Source: a virus
Lineage: Duplodnaviria > Caudoviricetes
Virus record (IMG/VR): IMGVR_UViG_3300042402_000726
Span: 1-53,148 of that record
Length of the DNA stretch: 53,148 nt
Strand: one strand, 5' to 3'
Below the pieces are notes generated by a model, which worked only from the letters and a program-made list of their open reading frames with translations, was not told where the DNA came from and made no database searches. The translations under genes and the position numbers were made by a program. This document shows, piece by piece, positions 51,506 through 53,148 of the stretch. The first letter of the stretch is position 1, and each line of letters begins with the position of its first letter.

Positions 51506-51795
51506 ACATTAGTCAGATATTTATCAACCTGTCGCCATTTTTACGCGACAGGTTTACGAGTGAAGTATTCACATTAGGTTTGGTGCATGAGTTGAATCAA
51601 AAGCAATTTGAGGTGCGTTGCAAGCGACTTATTCGTCAGCACAATGGTGAAACCAGAAAATTGTACAAGGCTCTTTCTAGGCTAAATGCAGCAGAAAGAT
51701 TAAGATTTTTTGATGTAGTAAGTGGAGTAGATGATGGATCACAAAGAACTGTGCAAGATCAAAGAGATTGTGAGATACAGTGCAAAAACCGGTAA
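51502..51795 (+). CDS. Hypothetical protein
   Basis: 97-aa ORF in a coupled chain. Confidence 0.6.
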   Translation: MNISQIFINLSPFLRDRFTSEVFTLGLVHELNQKQFEVRCKRLIRQHNGETRKLYKALSRLNAAERLRFFDVVSGVDDGSQRTVQDQRDCEIQCKNR

Positions 51796-52303
51796 TTTTT
51801 ATCGTGGTGAATCTGATTCGCCAGCCAAGTTTTCAAATAAAAACAAGCACGCAACGATCTCATTTCGTCGAGGTGAAATTAATTGCACTTATCCAGCATG
51901 GAAAATTGCAATTTACATGTCGCATGGTTACTGGCCAGACGATGGCGATACTTGCGAGTATGTCGATGGCAATATAAAAAATTTAAGTTTGAGCAATCTG
52001 CGCGTTATCCATTTTGGTGATGACGAAACCACTGTCATGGATTACTGCATTGATAACCAGCTTGAGTATCGATATGTGTCACTAAAAATGCGCAAAGAAA
52101 AAAGGATCAGAAGAAATGTCGGTGGGATGTCGTACTGGTTTTATAAAAAAGAAGACTTTGCACGCCAGTGCAGAAATTTAAAAAAGATTGATGTTGAACA
52201 GGTAAAAAAACCTAGCATGGGTAGACGTAAAAATAATCACTTTAGAGAATTTTTAAGCCGGCACATGATTGTACCGAAACGATGGGAGATGACTTTATGT
52301 TAA
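51731..52303 (+). CDS. Degenerate HNH-endonuclease-like protein
   Basis: YSAKTGNFYR...AWKIAIYMSHGYWP...EYVDGN..NLSLSNLR has the HNH_3 layout with the His positions substituted. Confidence 0.65.
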   Translation: MMDHKELCKIKEIVRYSAKTGNFYRGESDSPAKFSNKNKHATISFRRGEINCTYPAWKIAIYMSHGYWPDDGDTCEYVDGNIKNLSLSNLRVIHFGDDETTVMDYCIDNQLEYRYVSLKMRKEKRIRRNVGGMSYWFYKKEDFARQCRNLKKIDVEQVKKPSMGRRKNNHFREFLSRHMIVPKRWEMTLC

Positions 52304-52896
52304 AAATAGATAAAAAAATTGTTGGTTACAAGGTAGTTGATAAAGAAGACGTGCCAGCAGTAACACAAATAATGCACGAAAATTTAATACGACCAAACTG
52401 CTTAACCGGCACAACTTACAAGATTAAAACGCCACAGAGCGATCATGCGTTGTACATAACCATCAATGATATGGTGCTTGATGGCGTTCATCATCCCTAT
52501 GAGATGTTCATCAATTCTAAAAACATGGATCATTTTCAATGGGTTTTAGCAATGACCAGATTGGTGTCTGCTGTATGGCGCAAAGGTGGTGACTCTACTT
52601 TCCTTGTAGAAGAACTCAAGAATGTCTTTGATCCGAAAGGTGGTTACTACAAAAAAGGTGGTGTGTATATGCCATCGCTAGTAGCAGAAATAGGAACAGT
52701 TATCGAGCAACATTTAATAGCAACGGGCGTGATTAAAGTTAAAGTAGACGCGCATCAACAAGCATATCTTGAAGCTAAAAAAGAAGAAGCCAAAGGTGTT
52801 GAGATGCAACTTTGCACCAAATGTAATGTCAAAGCACTGATACTAATGGATGGGTGCATGACGTGTACCAACTGCGGAGATAGCAAGTGTGGGTGA
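52297..52896 (+). CDS. nrdJb: NrdJb-like (TSCPD domain) class II ribonucleotide reductase C-terminal subunit
   Basis: RP..L.GTTYKIKTP..DHALYITIND, PYEMFINSKNMDHFQW..A.TRL.SAV.RKGGD, VFDP.GGY, CxxC...DGCMTC.NCGDSKCG. Confidence 0.88.
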   Translation: MLKIDKKIVGYKVVDKEDVPAVTQIMHENLIRPNCLTGTTYKIKTPQSDHALYITINDMVLDGVHHPYEMFINSKNMDHFQWVLAMTRLVSAVWRKGGDSTFLVEELKNVFDPKGGYYKKGGVYMPSLVAEIGTVIEQHLIATGVIKVKVDAHQQAYLEAKKEEAKGVEMQLCTKCNVKALILMDGCMTCTNCGDSKCG

Positions 52897-52899
52897 TTT

Positions 52900-53055
52900 A
52901 TGAGTCTTGAATCATATTTATATGACAAATATATCGACGAGTTGGTAGCTACATTTGAAGAAGTCTTGGATTCGTGGCAAGCAGGTGAGTCAATAGAGGA
53001 AGCTAAACAAATTTATGATAAAGCACGGCAACTTCTACCTAAAGACAGAGGGTGA
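52900..53055 (+). CDS. 51-aa hypothetical protein (not in the ORF track)
   Basis: MSLESYLYDKYIDELVATFEEVLDSW... Flanked by identical GGGTGATTTATGA junctions. Confidence 0.65.
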   Translation: MSLESYLYDKYIDELVATFEEVLDSWQAGESIEEAKQIYDKARQLLPKDRG

Positions 53056-53058
53056 TTT

Positions 53059-53148
53059 ATGAATATAAAAGAGTTTGTAGTATTTATGGCTGTGAGTTTA
53101 TTAGGAGTCTTTTTAGTTGCGGCTGTTGCTATACATGACATAAATAAA
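53059..53148 (+). CDS. Hypothetical membrane protein, 3'-truncated by the window edge
   Basis: MNIKEFVVFMAVSLLGVFLVAAVAIHDINK runs off the end. Confidence 0.55.
   Translation, partial: MNIKEFVVFMAVSLLGVFLVAAVAIHDINK

Larger units (their letters stand above)
1..53148. mobile_element. Tailed dsDNA bacteriophage genome (podovirus-like, P22-type head and ejection module), near-complete, probably circularly permuted
   Basis: TerS, TerL, portal, scaffold, MCP, adaptor, nozzle, ejection, lysis and replication modules are present. No host housekeeping genes. ORFs are cut at both window ends. Confidence 0.95.

Noticed and set aside
502-51977. Numerous 60-180 aa ORFs in the track lying antisense to or out of frame within long genes (e.g. 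32192..32731, 38641..39081, 11359..11754)
   Set aside because: They are shadow ORFs of well-supported genes, with no RBS, motifs or operon coupling.
1-53148. Prophage boundaries, terminal repeats or an alternative genetic code
   Set aside because: There is no integrase, att-like junction or host gene. The two ends do not overlap. Genes end normally at TAA, TAG and TGA with dense standard-code coding.

Overview
This window is most of a tailed dsDNA bacteriophage genome (roughly 40-42% GC by eye) with no host genes. Its P22-like portal, scaffold, capsid, nozzle and ejection proteins, and the lack of tail tube, sheath or tape-measure genes, point to a podovirus-type virion. The + strand at both ends (44.6 kb to end, and start to 2.7 kb) carries recombination and replication genes (Sak4-like ATPase, DUF669, Cas4-like nuclease, SF2 helicase, VRR-NUC), many tiny early genes and nucleotide-metabolism genes (NrdJb-like, dUTPase, ThyA-like, DUF3310). 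The - strand (44.4 to 2.7 kb) carries an HTH protein, a primase-helicase, a probable origin, a structured-RNA cluster, and packaging, head, tail, lysis and ejection genes. Both ends cut ORFs of the same gene cluster, so the genome is probably circularly permuted and slightly incomplete. I saw no integrase, DNA polymerase, reverse transcriptase or CRISPR array. The strongest candidate for an undescribed system is a short [YFW]-A-x-G-G-x-V peptide tag. It recurs in five late proteins and sits at the domain boundaries of a 1,732-aa polyprotein inserted between terminase and portal. That polyprotein is built from reused leader segments plus swappable effector domains, including two ADP-ribosyltransferase-like domains. 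Other highlights are a C4-like RNA, a tRNA-like RNA and a pseudoknotted RNA in one cluster; an orphan DGR-type variable region; a homing endonuclease with a recoded capsid 3' end; and a nuclease that appears to have captured the small-terminase N-terminus. All family assignments are by motif recognition only, with no database searches.
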